64,000 nucleotides of DNA from Eledone cirrhosa (Eukaryota), in assembly GCA_964016885.1 (NCBI GenBank), contig OZ024740.1, forward strand, positions 282,596,001 through 282,660,000, read 5' to 3'. The translations under genes and the position numbers were made by a program. Numbering within the stretch: the stretch's first letter is position 1; every line of letters starts with the position of its first letter. Under the pieces are notes generated by a model. That model had not been told where the DNA came from. It saw nothing but the letters and a program-made list of their open reading frames with translations, and searched no databases. Of the stretch, positions 14,006-26,080 are shown piece by piece.

Positions 14006-14444
14006 CTTCTTCACATGTTGTCTTTATAACATCAGCTTCAATACGATTCAGAAATTCATAGCTAACAGTTTGGATAATAAACCTACTCTTTGGCTCACTG
14101 GCAATACCTCTCAGTTCGTTATAATCAACACTTTTGCCAATACCAATGGTGAATAGCTTGATATTGGAATCACGACATTTCTTTGCAGCGGCTTGTGTGG
14201 CTTTAGGGTCGTAAGAAGCTCCGTCAGTTATTAAAATTGCTAAACGTTCAACACCATTCCTAGCACCATATTCCGGTTTAAACATCTCTGTGACTGTATA
14301 CAGAGCATCACCCGTGTTAGTCGTATCTCCTTTCAGTTGTATTATACCCTTAATTTTCTTGTTGATACTTTCATGGTCCGTCGATTCTTTCAGGTAAATA
14401 TTAATAACAGGCCAGTTACTAAAGGACAGAACCCCTACTCTTAT
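14006..14444 (-). CDS. VWA gene A, exon 4 (remainder of VWA domain 1)
   Basis: IRVGVLSFS...GDTTNTGDAL...ILITDG...FTIGIG...IASEP; TTCCAG acceptor and GTAAG donor; 439 nt, phase 0 to 1. Confidence 0.92.
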
Positions 14445-14555
14445 CTGGAATAAATAAGTAATATCGATTTAATTTACAGTGAAACATGAAGCAAAGAAAA
14501 ATGTTTGATTTAAATATTAGTGTCTATCGAAAACTTACAAACAATAAATATGTAC

Positions 14556-14698
14556 CTTATGTTGTTCGAGGCCAATCTCAAAATTGTCTGTTAGATATTT
14601 CACGAAGTCAAGTTGTTTCTGGAAATGAATAGGCCAGACACTTGCAGAAGAATCCAGTACAAAAACAATATCAGCAGGCATCCATTTGCAGTTCCTTG
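14556..14698 (-). CDS. VWA gene A, exon 3 (N-terminal part of VWA domain 1)
   Basis: [18 protein letters not shown] contains the MIDAS DxSxS motif; TTTAG acceptor and GT donor; 143 nt, phase 1 to 0. Confidence 0.9.
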
Positions 14699-14716
14699 CT
14701 AAATAATCAAAACAAT

Positions 14717-14767
<51 letters not shown>

Positions 14768-14817
14768 GCATACATACACACATACACACACATATATATA
14801 TACATATACATATATAC

Positions 14818-14904
<87 letters not shown>

Positions 14905-15081
14905 TATACACACACACACACATATATATATATATACACACATATATACCTATATAACCAAAGATTAGTATGGTTCGTTGATTACTCAATGAATAACATT
15001 TTACAATCGATTAGAAGCACTCAACAGTCAAATTTCCCTAGAGTTTTTAATATTATTGCAATTTTTATATACCTATATATA

Positions 15082-15150
<69 letters not shown>

Positions 15151-15154
<4 letters not shown>

Positions 15155-15762
15155 TGGCTGCCAACTCGTTTTCGAGTATGGCCACTACTTTATATCCATG
15201 TAGGAGAACCCCTACCGATGCGCTGAACGAGTGTAACTTTTTAGTCCAGCCAGCGACTTGAAAACTCTGGTACAAACACTACACTTGTGACAATTATTGT
15301 CACATACTGCTGAGCCCATGGTACCATGTGACGACAAGTGCAGAGAGATCTCCAGATATAAAGCAATGCCTGTGCTGTGAAGCTTTTATAGTGAGCAAAG
15401 GCACTGCACAAAGCCAGTCCCACTCTCTTAACCAAGATGATATTTACCAAAAAGAAGAACAAGTCAACATCATTGGATACACTCAGGGTTGCAGGTGTTA
15501 TATCAGAGTTTTCCTTCTCCTAGAATTCTGCCTTGACAAAGGCTAAGGGGTCATCTCTCCCGGTGATTTTGGATGCCCATTGACTCTTAAGAGCTCCTTT
15601 GCCCTTTGACAGGTTTTGTTTTTAGTCCTGCAGGATGTCCAAAGTCACCCTCCTCACCAAGAAACCTTGGTGGGGTTGCCAGTTTAGTCGCCAACGACCA
15701 GACCATGAGACAGGTTGTACTTGGATACATGTTACCAGTAGCACCAACTGGTGACCTGACAC

Positions 15763-15763
<1 letters not shown>
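15151..15763 (-). mobile_element. About 600-bp SINE-like element
   Basis: Embedded in (TA)n; same family as 9700-10309. Confidence 0.8.
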
Positions 15764-15818
<55 letters not shown>

Positions 15819-15887
15819 TACATAAATATATATCTATATACATATATATATACACACACGCACATATATATATATAAACATACATAC

Positions 15888-15938
<51 letters not shown>

Positions 15939-16067
15939 CATACATATATACATATGCATATATATATACATACATATATATATATGTATGTGCATATATA
16001 TATATGTGTGTATGTATATATATATATATTTATGTATATATATGTATATATATATGTATGTAAAATG

Positions 16068-16116
<49 letters not shown>

Positions 16117-16155
16117 GTATATATATGTATATATATATATGTATATATATATATG

Positions 16156-16186
<31 letters not shown>

Positions 16187-16197
16187 GTATATATATG

Positions 16198-16280
<83 letters not shown>

Positions 16281-16533
16281 CGAAGGAAATGTGGTAAGGA
16301 ACCAGGTGGACCATAACGCACCAAAGTACTCAATACTTGAGGTAGTAGAGTGGGTAATAGGAACCAGTAAGACCCCGACAGCTGAGCTCAAGCCGTTTCG
16401 ACGGCTAATTCGAATTAGCCGTCGAAACGGCTTGAGCTCAGCTGTCGGGGTCTTACTGGTTCCTATATATATATATATATATAGATATAGATAGGTAAAT
16501 ATACACGGGTGTGTATGATTGTGTATAGAAGAT

Positions 16534-16921
16534 TATATTAATAAGAGGAATTCCAACTTTGTCTGATTTACTCGTTTTATTTACAATCCTTTAAAATATA
16601 TATAATGGTATTATAATGAAATAGTATGATAGAATATTAAATTCTAAGTGTTAATTGAACAAGTACTTTCATGCTTTCGCAATCTTCAAGTTCATGATAT
16701 GTGGTGACAGTCGAGTTTGCAATTTTCGAAAATTGCAAACTCGACTGTCACCACACATTATGAACCTGAAGATTGCGAAAGCATGAAAGTACTTGTTCAA
16801 TTAACACTTAGAATTTAATATTCTATCATACTATTTCATTATAATACCATTATATATATTTTAAAGGATTGTAAATAAAACGAGTAAATCAGATAAAGTT
16901 GGAATTCCTCTTATTAATATA
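16534..16921. repeat. About 388-bp fold-back palindrome carrying an HHR in each arm
   Basis: Arms symmetric about 16727/16728 with few mismatches. Confidence 0.9.
16762..16798 (+). ncRNA. Minimal type I HHR
   Basis: GAAC-CTGAAGA-T-TGC GAAA GCA-T-GAAAGTACTT^GTTC; 4-bp stem I, GNRA-capped stem II, palindromic AGTACT stem III. Confidence 0.82.
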
Positions 16922-16939
16922 TATATATATATATATATA

Positions 16940-19686
16940 TAATATAAGATCAAAAGATGGTTAAAGGAGTTCCATGTATTTTATTATGCGCATTTCAAAA
17001 ACAAACATCATCATGCAATAATATTTGTGTTTTCATCAGATAAAACAGGAGAACATGATATGAAGGCTAAAAAAACACTTGTGGATAGTGCAGTTTTAAA
17101 TCAACATATGAAAAGTGGTTTTAGATTGATGTGTGATATTGGGAAAAATATTTTATTTAGAGAGGAGGGGTGGAAAGGATGAAAAAGGGGAGGAGATGAG
17201 AGGGAGAGATGGGTGATAGAGAGAAAGAAAGAGATAGTTTTTATAACTGAGAGGAGATATATTGTTTTACATAGAGAGGTTGAAAACCGTTGGAAGATAA
17301 TGTATAAATTAAAAATTTGAAATTAACGAAGGGAGGATATGTGCGAGGAAAGAATATTTTATTTATGGAGGGGGGGGGGGAAGGATGAAAAAAGGGGGAG
17401 GAGATGAGAGTGAAGGTGGAGAGGGAGAGATGGGTGATAGAAAGAAAGAGATAGTTTTTATAACTGAGAAAAAGATATATTGTTTTACATAAATTAAAGG
17501 AATTTGAAAATTAACGAAGGGAATTTATGTATGAAGATAGAGAGAAAAAATAATAATTGTGGATGAATATTCTAACGTCAAAAAAAGTGTGTGTTGATAA
17601 GTATTGTGGCAATTTCAAAATTAACGAAGAGAAAAATTATTAAGGTTTGTGTGTAGAAGGATTTGAGAAAAATAATGTGAAGTTAAAGTTTGTATATTGG
17701 AGGAATTGATAATATATGCGAAATAAAGAGTTAATATGTATTAAGAATGAGTTCGTTGATGGGGAGAAAAAAATAATAAATTAAGGATGAAATTGAGATT
17801 AAAAAGATTTATGATAGAGAGAAAAAATAATAATGATTGCGGATGAATATTCTAACGTCAAAAAAATAAATGTATATGTTATGAAGGATTTTACAAGGTG
17901 AAGATAGAATGAGGGTAATGAGTAAACAAGTATTATGGAGTGTATAATGCCCTTTAAGGTAAGGTGGGAAGATGGGTATATTTTAAAGAGGTGTATGTAT
18001 ATGTGCCTTTGAGAAAAGATTCTAAATTGATAAAGAATTGAATATTAACTGTATACTTTGTGAAAAGTTCTATGGAATTTATGCAGGCAGATAGAAAATA
18101 AATCTTTACGTCTATTTATTATAGAATCTAGGTCAGAGATAATGGTAAATTTTTCATTTAGGCAGAGATTACAGATTTTAGATAGAGAGCTGTTCAAGTA
18201 TGAGGATGCAGAAGAAACCTTCCAAAAGATGGTATATTTAATGTTTTTGTCTTTTAAGGACCATATGAGTTCTGAGAGAGCAGTGTTGGTTCTTTTAAGT
18301 TTGTATTTGAAAGATGAATGATGATTATAGAGACGAGCTTTAAAAGAGGTGGAAGTGGAGCCAAAATAGGTGAAGGAATTGGTGCTAGTTATAATTTTAC
18401 ATTCATAAATTAAGTTTTTATCGAGACAATGGTTGTTGAGAGGACATTTATTTTTAGTGCGGCAGTTGCAATTAGAGAGATTATTAATGAGTGACCTAGT
18501 GTTATCTATAGAAGGAATTGGATTGGAGAAGTTGTTTGCGATAGGAATAATAGGAATAATAGTTTCTTGATTTAGAGTTGGATTATGAACATTTAGCGAA
18601 GTTGTGTTTGACGTTGTATTTGTGTTTACAGAAGTTAGCCTAGGGTTTACAATGACGTCGGGAGTACTATTATTGTTATTATGAAATTCAATGTTGGAAG
18701 GAAGAGATTTAGTATTTAGTATTTTATTGTTGTGTTTACTAACAACCCCCAGATCAGATTTAGAGGGGGCGATTAATCTAACAGGTAGTTCAGTGCGAAA
18801 ATTGTTTTTGTGATCCTTGAGATTTATCCTCGGAACCATTCCTCCCAAGAACTCGGAGGATAAATCTCAAGGATCACAAAAACAATTTTCGCACTGAACT
18901 ACCTGTTAGATTAATCGCCCCCTCTAAATCTGATCTGGGGGTTGTTAGTAAAGCCATCTTGGATAGAATTATCCCACAGGTTAGTTCTAATTGCTCTTCT
19001 TTGAACCTAAATTTATGGTTTGGTACTTCTGAAGTGATTGGCTGGTTCAACAAATTGGATAATAAAAACAAACTAAAATTTATTCAATTTGATATTGCCA
19101 GCTACTATTCCTCCATTTCGCCTTCACTTCTCAATAATGCTCTATCTTTCGCACTTAAATATTCTGACATCACCACAGATGAACTTCACATCATCCTCAC
19201 CGCACGTAAAACCATCCTAGAGTTCAACAACGAATATTGGACCAGAGCCGATACCTCTAACAACTTCGATATCACAATGGGAGCATCCGATTCATCCCAA
19301 TTGACTGATTTAATTGGTATCTTCATTTTGAACTCTTTGAGTCGGAAAATTCCTCAACTTCGCGGTGGAATTTATCGTGACGATGGACTCTTTACTATCC
19401 TAAATTGCAATATAGTTAACCTTAATATTATTAAGAACAATATACGTAATCTCTTTAACCAACATAACCTAAAAATTGAATTTGATAATAGTATCAAACT
19501 AGCTAATTTCTTGGATGTATCTCTTAATCTTGACACTGGCCTATATTACCCTTACCATAAAAACAATGAGAACCTAAATTATGTTAACTTTAAATCTAAC
19601 CATCCTACCAATATCAAGAATGCTATAGTTAGTAATATTGGAAAAAGAATATCTAACATATCCTCTAATAAAAACATCTTATCTTT
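16940..19686. mobile_element. Rearranged PLE family 1 (Hydra-clade-like): minus-strand GIY-YIG and 3'UTR/pLTR (16940-18740), hairpin, plus-strand RT fragment (18856-19686)
   Basis: RT motifs LKDHK, VRLI, FIQFDI, ITMG, IYRDDGL, FLDV; CNCRTKNKC (CxCx5C) linker; LIY...YFG endonuclease. Confidence 0.88.
16979..17045 (-). ncRNA. PLE family 1 HHR copy
   Basis: Reverse complement of the 24549-24615 motif; differences fall at the stem II loop. Confidence 0.8.
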
Positions 19687-20248
19687 GATGTACATTTTTA
19701 ACTTAATTGTTTAAGCGTCAGTCATACAAAAGTGAGTTACAAACGAAACGAAATTTAATTTCGTTTCGTTATTTGTTTTTATCGTCTCCGTTGAACCGGT
19801 ACGTACTCACACTCTATGCAAATTGGTCTGCCCACTACTAATTTTCATAGAAAAAGCATATAACGATATGTGCTTTTACGATTCTCCAGAAAGGCCGGTA
19901 GATAGGTAAATATTGCTGATGAGTTGTAACAACAACGAAACTAGTTCAATATTCCTTGTCTGGCTTTCTGGAGAATAGAGGAAAGGTGTTTCCTCAAAAA
20001 CCAGTATGACTCTAAAAACCGGTTTGTCTGTGTGTTTACATACAGAATAGCTGGATACTCACAGTAAAGTAACCAGTGAAAGACTTGGTACATCTACATA
20101 TGTATACGTGTGTGTATTCATATGCATACTAGTATTTCAGTATGCATATGTAGATGTACATTTTTAACTTAATTGTTTAAGCGTCAGTCATACAAAAGTG
20201 AGTTACAAACGAAACGAAATTTAATTTCGTTTCGTTATTTGTTTTTAT
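19687..20248 (+). mobile_element. Retrozyme-like non-coding element (466-bp unit plus 96-bp terminal redundancy)
   Basis: Exact direct repeat at 19687-19782 and 20153-20248; internal HHR; multiple hairpins; no ORF; ends in (TA)n. Confidence 0.72.
19909..19953 (+). ncRNA. Type I HHR with extended stem I
   Basis: AATATTG-CTGATGA-GTTG TAACAA CAAC-GAAACTAGTT^CAATATT; stem I continues via ATTCTCCAGAAAG (19881-19893) / CTTTCTGGAGAAT (about 19964-19976). Confidence 0.9.
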
Positions 20249-20314
20249 ATATATATATATATATATATCACAAAAAAAGAGAATCAGTGTTGCGACGAAT
20301 GGAATTTATTGGAC

Positions 20315-20404
20315 ATATTACAATCGTTTCTCTGGCGACCAGCTCGAGGCTCGATCGATGTGATGAGCGAACCTGACTCTGAAAATCGCAAGGTCCTCAG
20401 ATAC
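20315..20404 (-). ncRNA. HHR with long stem II insertion
   Basis: Minus strand reads GTAT-CTGAGGA-about 63 nt-GAAACGATTGTA^ATAT, then AATAAA; related to 53759-53845. Confidence 0.55.
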
Positions 20405-20870
20405 GTCTTGATTTTACGCAGCAGATTTCTTATTTATTTTTTTTTTGTGATATCATACTCTGTTCTATCAGACCATCGAGTGCTCAAACGGCCTACCGCA
20501 TACAGACGCTTTAGGCCGTTTGAGCACTCGATGGTCTCATAGAATATATATATATATAGGTTGTAATAGAATGAAAACGAAGTTCCATTTCTCACTCTTA
20601 GTACGGCACTTACTTAAATGTAAGTATGTATGTATGTGTACATACATATATGTATACAGACGTACAGTAGCATGCATATATATATATATATATATATATA
20701 CAGGTACACATACATATATGTACGTATCAGTTTAGCGGACGTTTATTATAACGTCCGCTTTGTCCGTTTGTAAACAAACTGACAGCCTGAATTTATGCCG
20801 TACGGTGTTAAGGCAACCACGTCACCTTTTTGTTCAACACTGACACAGGAACGATGTACTAGTTTCAAGT

Positions 20871-20903
<33 letters not shown>

Positions 20904-20957
20904 TTATACACACACACGCACACAACCACACACATATATATATATATATATATACAT

Positions 20958-21048
<91 letters not shown>

Positions 21049-21171
21049 GGAGGTGAGTTTTATTGTAGTACAATAAAGCAATGCAGATATCGGATAAGAA
21101 GCACTCTACAGTTTGTGGGACTGGAGTATGCATAATATAAGATCAAAAGATGGTTAAAGGAGTTCAATATA

Positions 21172-21238
21172 TTTTATTATGCGCATTTCAAAAACAAACA
21201 TCATCAAACAATAATATTTGTGTTTTCATCAGATAAAA
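21172..21238 (-). ncRNA. PLE family 1 HHR copy
   Basis: Reverse complement of 24549-24615. Confidence 0.8.
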
Positions 21239-24200
21239 CAGGAGAACATGATATGAAGGCTAAAAAAACACTTGTTGATAGTGCAGTTTTAAATCAACAT
21301 ATGAAAAGTGGTTTTAGATTGATGTGTGATATTGGGAAAAATATTTTATTTAGAGAGGGGGGGAGAGAAAAGGATGAAAAGGGAAGGAGATGAGAGGGAG
21401 AGATGGGTGATAGAGAGAAAGAGATAGTTTTTATAACAGAGAGGAGATATATTTTATATAGAGGGGTTGAAAACCGTTGGAAGATACTGTATAAATTAAA
21501 AATTTTGAAAATTAACGAAGGGAGGATATGTGCGAGGAAAAAATATATTATATTTAGGGAGGGGTGGGGGTGGAAAGGATGAAAAAAAGGGAGGAGATGA
21601 GAGTGAAGGTGGAAAGGGAGAGATGGGTGATAGAGAGAAAGAGATAGTTTTTATAACTGAGAAAAAGATATAATGTTTTAATATAGAGAGGTTGGGAACC
21701 GTTGGAAGATAATGTATAAATTAAAGGAATTTGAAAATTAACGAAGGGAAATTATGTATGGAGATAGAGAGAAAAAAATAACGAAGGGAGATTATGTATG
21801 GAGATAGAGAGAAAAAAATAATAATTGTGGGTGAATATTCAAAAGGAGAAATGTAGGAATCTTAAAATTAGCAAAGAGAAAAAGTTTATGTATAGGATTT
21901 GAGAAAAATTTATATTGAATTCATATGTATTAATAATGAGTTCGTTGATGGGGAGAAAAAAATAATAATAATAAATTAAGGATGAAATTGAGATTAAAAA
22001 GATTTATGATAGAGAGAAAAAATAATAATGATTGCGGATGAATACTCAAAATGTCAAAAACAAATGTTATTGTTTTACGAAGAGATATAATGAGGGTGAT
22101 GAGTAAACGGGTATTATAGAGTGTATAATGCCCTTTAAAGTAAGGTAGATGGGTATATTTTAAAGAATATATGAGTATATATTAAAAAAAATATATATAA
22201 TAATAAATTAAGGATGAAATTGAGATTAAAAAGATTTATGATAGAGGGAAAAAAAAAAAAAAAAAAAAAAAAATAATAATGATTGCGGATGAATATTCAA
22301 AATGTCAAAAACAAATGTTATTGTTTTACGAGAAGATAGGATGAGGTAAATGAATAAACGAGTACTATAGAGTGTATAATGCCCTTTAAAGTAAGGTAGA
22401 TGGGTATATTTTAAAGAGGTGTATGTATATGTGCCTTTGAGAAAAGATTCTAAATTGATAAAGAATTGAATATTAACTGTATACTTTGTGAAAAGTTCTA
22501 TGGAATTTATGAAGGCAGATGGAAAACAAATCCGAGCGTATCTATAGTAAAATATTTAACAAACACACCATTAAATTTTCGTATTCTACATCCTCCAATA
22601 TTTCCAACATCATTTCTAAACACAACAACAAAATATTAAATACTAAATCTCTTCCTTCCAATATTGAATCTCATAATAACAATAATAGTACTCCTGACGT
22701 CATTGTAAACCCTAGGCTAACTTCTGTAAACCCAAATGCAACGTCAAACACAACTTCGCTAAATGTTCATAATCCAACTCTAAATCAAGAAACTATTATT
22801 CCTATTATTCCTATCGCAAACAACTTCTCCAATCCAATTCCTTCTATAGATAACACTAGATCACTCATTAATAATCTCTCTAATTGCAACTGCCGCATTA
22901 AAAATAAATGTCCTCTCAACAACCATTGCCTCGATAAAAACTTAATTTATGAATGTAAAATTATAACTAGCACCAACTCCTTCACCTATTTTGGCTCCAC
23001 TTCCACCTCTTTTAAAGCTCGTCTCTATAATCATCATTCATCTTTCAAATACAAACTTAAAAGAACTAACACTGCTCTCTCAGAACTCATATGGTCCTTA
23101 AAAGACAAAAACATTAAATATAACATCTTTTGGAAAAAGATTTCTTCTGCATCCTCGTACTTGAACAGTTCTCTATCTAAAATCTGTAATCTCTGCCTAA
23201 ATGAAAAATTTACCATTATCTCTAACCTAGAATCCATAATAAATAGACGCTCGGATTTGTTTTCCATCTGCCTTCATAAATTCCATAGAACTTTTCACAA
23301 AGTATACAGTTAATATTCAATTCTTTATCAATTTAGAATCTTTTCTCAAAGGCACATATACATACACCTCTTTAAAATATACCCATCTACCTTACTTTAA
23401 AGGGCATTATACACTCTATAGTACTCGTTTATTCATTTACCTCATCCTATCTTCTCGTAAAACAATAACATTTGTTTTTGACATTTTGAATATTCATCCG
23501 CAATCATTATTATTTTTTTTTTTTTTTTTTTTTTTCCCTCTATCATAAATCTTTTTAATCTCAATTTCATCCTTAATTTATTATTATATATATTTTTTTT
23601 AATATATACTCATATATTCTTTAAAATATACCCATCTACCTTACTTTAAAGGGCATTATACACTCTATAATACCCGTTTACTCATCACCCTCATTATATC
23701 TCTTCGTAAAACAATAACATTTGTTTTTGACATTTTGAGTATTCATCCGCAATCATTATTATTTTTTTTTCTCTCTATCATAAATCTTTTTAATCTCAAT
23801 TTCATCCTTAATTTATTATTATTATTTTTTTCTCCCCATCAACGAACTCATTATTAATACATATGAATTCAATATAAATTTTTCTCAAATCCTATACATA
23901 AACTTTTTCTCTTTGCTAATTTTAAGATTCCTACATTTCTCCTTTTGAATATTCACCCACAATTATTATTTTTTTCTCTCTATCTCCATACATAATCTCC
24001 CTTCGTTATTTTTTTCTCTCTATCTCCATACATAATTTCCCTTCGTTAATTTTCAAATTCCTTTAATTTATACATTATCTTCCAACGGTTCCCAACCTCT
24101 CTATATTAAAACATTATATCTTTTTCTCAGTTATAAAAACTATCTCTTTCTCTCTATCACCCATCTCTCCCTTTCCACCTTCACTCTCATCTCCTCCCTT

Positions 24201-24548
24201 TTTTTCATCCTTTCCACCCCCACCCCTCCCTAAATATAATATATTTTTTCCTCGCACATATCCTCCCTTCGTTAATTTTCAAAATTTTTAATTTATACAG
24301 TATCTTCCAACGGTTTTCAACCCCTCTATATAAAATATATCTCCTCTCTGTTATAAAAACTATCTCTTTCTCTCTATCACCCATCTCTCCCTCTCATCTC
24401 CTTCCCTTTTCATCCTTTTCTCTCCCCCCCTCTCTAAATAAAATATTTTTCCCAATATCACACATCAATCTAAAACCACTTTTCATATGTTGATTTAAAA
24501 CTGCACTATCAACAAGTGTTTTTTTAGCCTTCATATCATGTTCTCCTG

Positions 24549-24615
24549 TTTTATCTGATGAAAACACAAATATTATTGTTTGATGATGTTTGTTTTTGAA
24601 ATGCGCATAATAAAA
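24549..24615 (+). ncRNA. PLE family 1 HHR
   Basis: TTTTAT-CTGATGA-long GU-rich stem II-GAAATGCGCATA^ATAAAA; 6-bp stem I; palindromic ATGCGCAT stem III; AATAAA overlaps the cleavage site. Confidence 0.82.
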
Positions 24616-24647
24616 TATATTGAACTCCTTTAACCATCTTTTGATCT

Positions 24648-24713
<66 letters not shown>

Positions 24714-24937
24714 ATATATATGCCTATATGTGACATGTCTTTCGTGATCCCCGCAGCTAATATGTAACCCAGTACAACCTTGTACTTGACGGGTCGTCGC
24801 CGACTATTTCGGCAAACCCACCAAGATCTCATTCATGGTGAGAGGAGTGATATTTTCACACAATGCGGGATGAAAAACAAAAGATGTTAAACAGCTGTTG
24901 AAGTCAGTATATTCAACCGCCAAGTAATAGTGTATAT

Positions 24938-25040
<103 letters not shown>

Positions 25041-26080
25041 TGTGCATAAATATGTATATTTGCATATGTATATAAATGCACACGAGAAATATACCCTTCT
25101 TCAAAGTCTACAGTATTTGTAATGACTCGCTATTTTGCATTTTTATTATTCTTGTTCCTTTTTTACCGTTTTTGCTGAGCCAAGAGATGTTTGTTATTGT
25201 TCTCGTAAGTTTTATTTTATTATTTTAAATGTTGTTATTGCAAATAATTTTAGTCCTGAGGATTATTAAGTGACATGGTTTCAAAAGAAACTCGGTAGCA
25301 ACTTCTTGGTAATTGTTGCTTAGGGCAAAACCTTAAAAAATATTTTCGCTTAGTCAAGTCAAGTCTACAATAATGGCGTTGCCTTTGTCATTGTTCGTGA
25401 AAACCGGTCAACAACAGAGATGAGTGGAAGTTCAATCATCGTAAATATATCTTGCACGCTGACATTTCTGCCCCGAGTCTCAACCATAGACGCTATCACA
25501 GCTTGTGAAAGTGAGAACAATAACAGCGTTCTTATCGTGTATGACGATAAGTCAGCAAATTAGGGAGCCAACCAGAAAGACACGTAGAGAGCCAGTCAGA
25601 CAACCAGTCATCTAACTCCGCTACGAGGGCGACGCGTGATAACGATGGCATCAAAAATACCACCACCGCCATCACTTCCGAAATTCTTCTGCTACCATCA
25701 CTATTATTATCAGTTCTTCCTCGAGCACCACTACGGTTTCAAATCTAACTGAGGTCTGTGAAGTAACAACAACAGCAACAGCGGTTACAGCCAAACATCT
25801 ACAAAGAGCATTTTCTTTACAATTGTTGCAAGGTGCCTAGAAGAAATTAATTTGAATAAGAGGGAGTAAAACGGACTCGCTGTAGTTTGTTAAAAAACAA
25901 ATGGACGGAGAATGACCCTGAATAATTCACCCCAAGTGATGGCGTACACGCAGCTGTGCACCGTAAAATAATATAGCTTCGGAGAAAAATCAAGTCGAGT
26001 GGAGCAAGTAAACGAGGACCAAATTTAATATGGCTCGACTTTGTGTCAGAAGAAACAACACACATCAGCCAAGGAATGAG

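Larger units (their letters stand above)
21046..24654 (+). mobile_element. PLE family 1, 5'-truncated copy with a 1.4-kb inverted 3' arm
   Basis: GIY-YIG ORF 22538-23313; 21134-22537 is the reverse complement of about 23248-24654; flanked by (TA)n. Confidence 0.9.

Noticed and set aside
18045-18848. 267-aa ORF as an intact protein
   Set aside because: Chimera produced by template switching.
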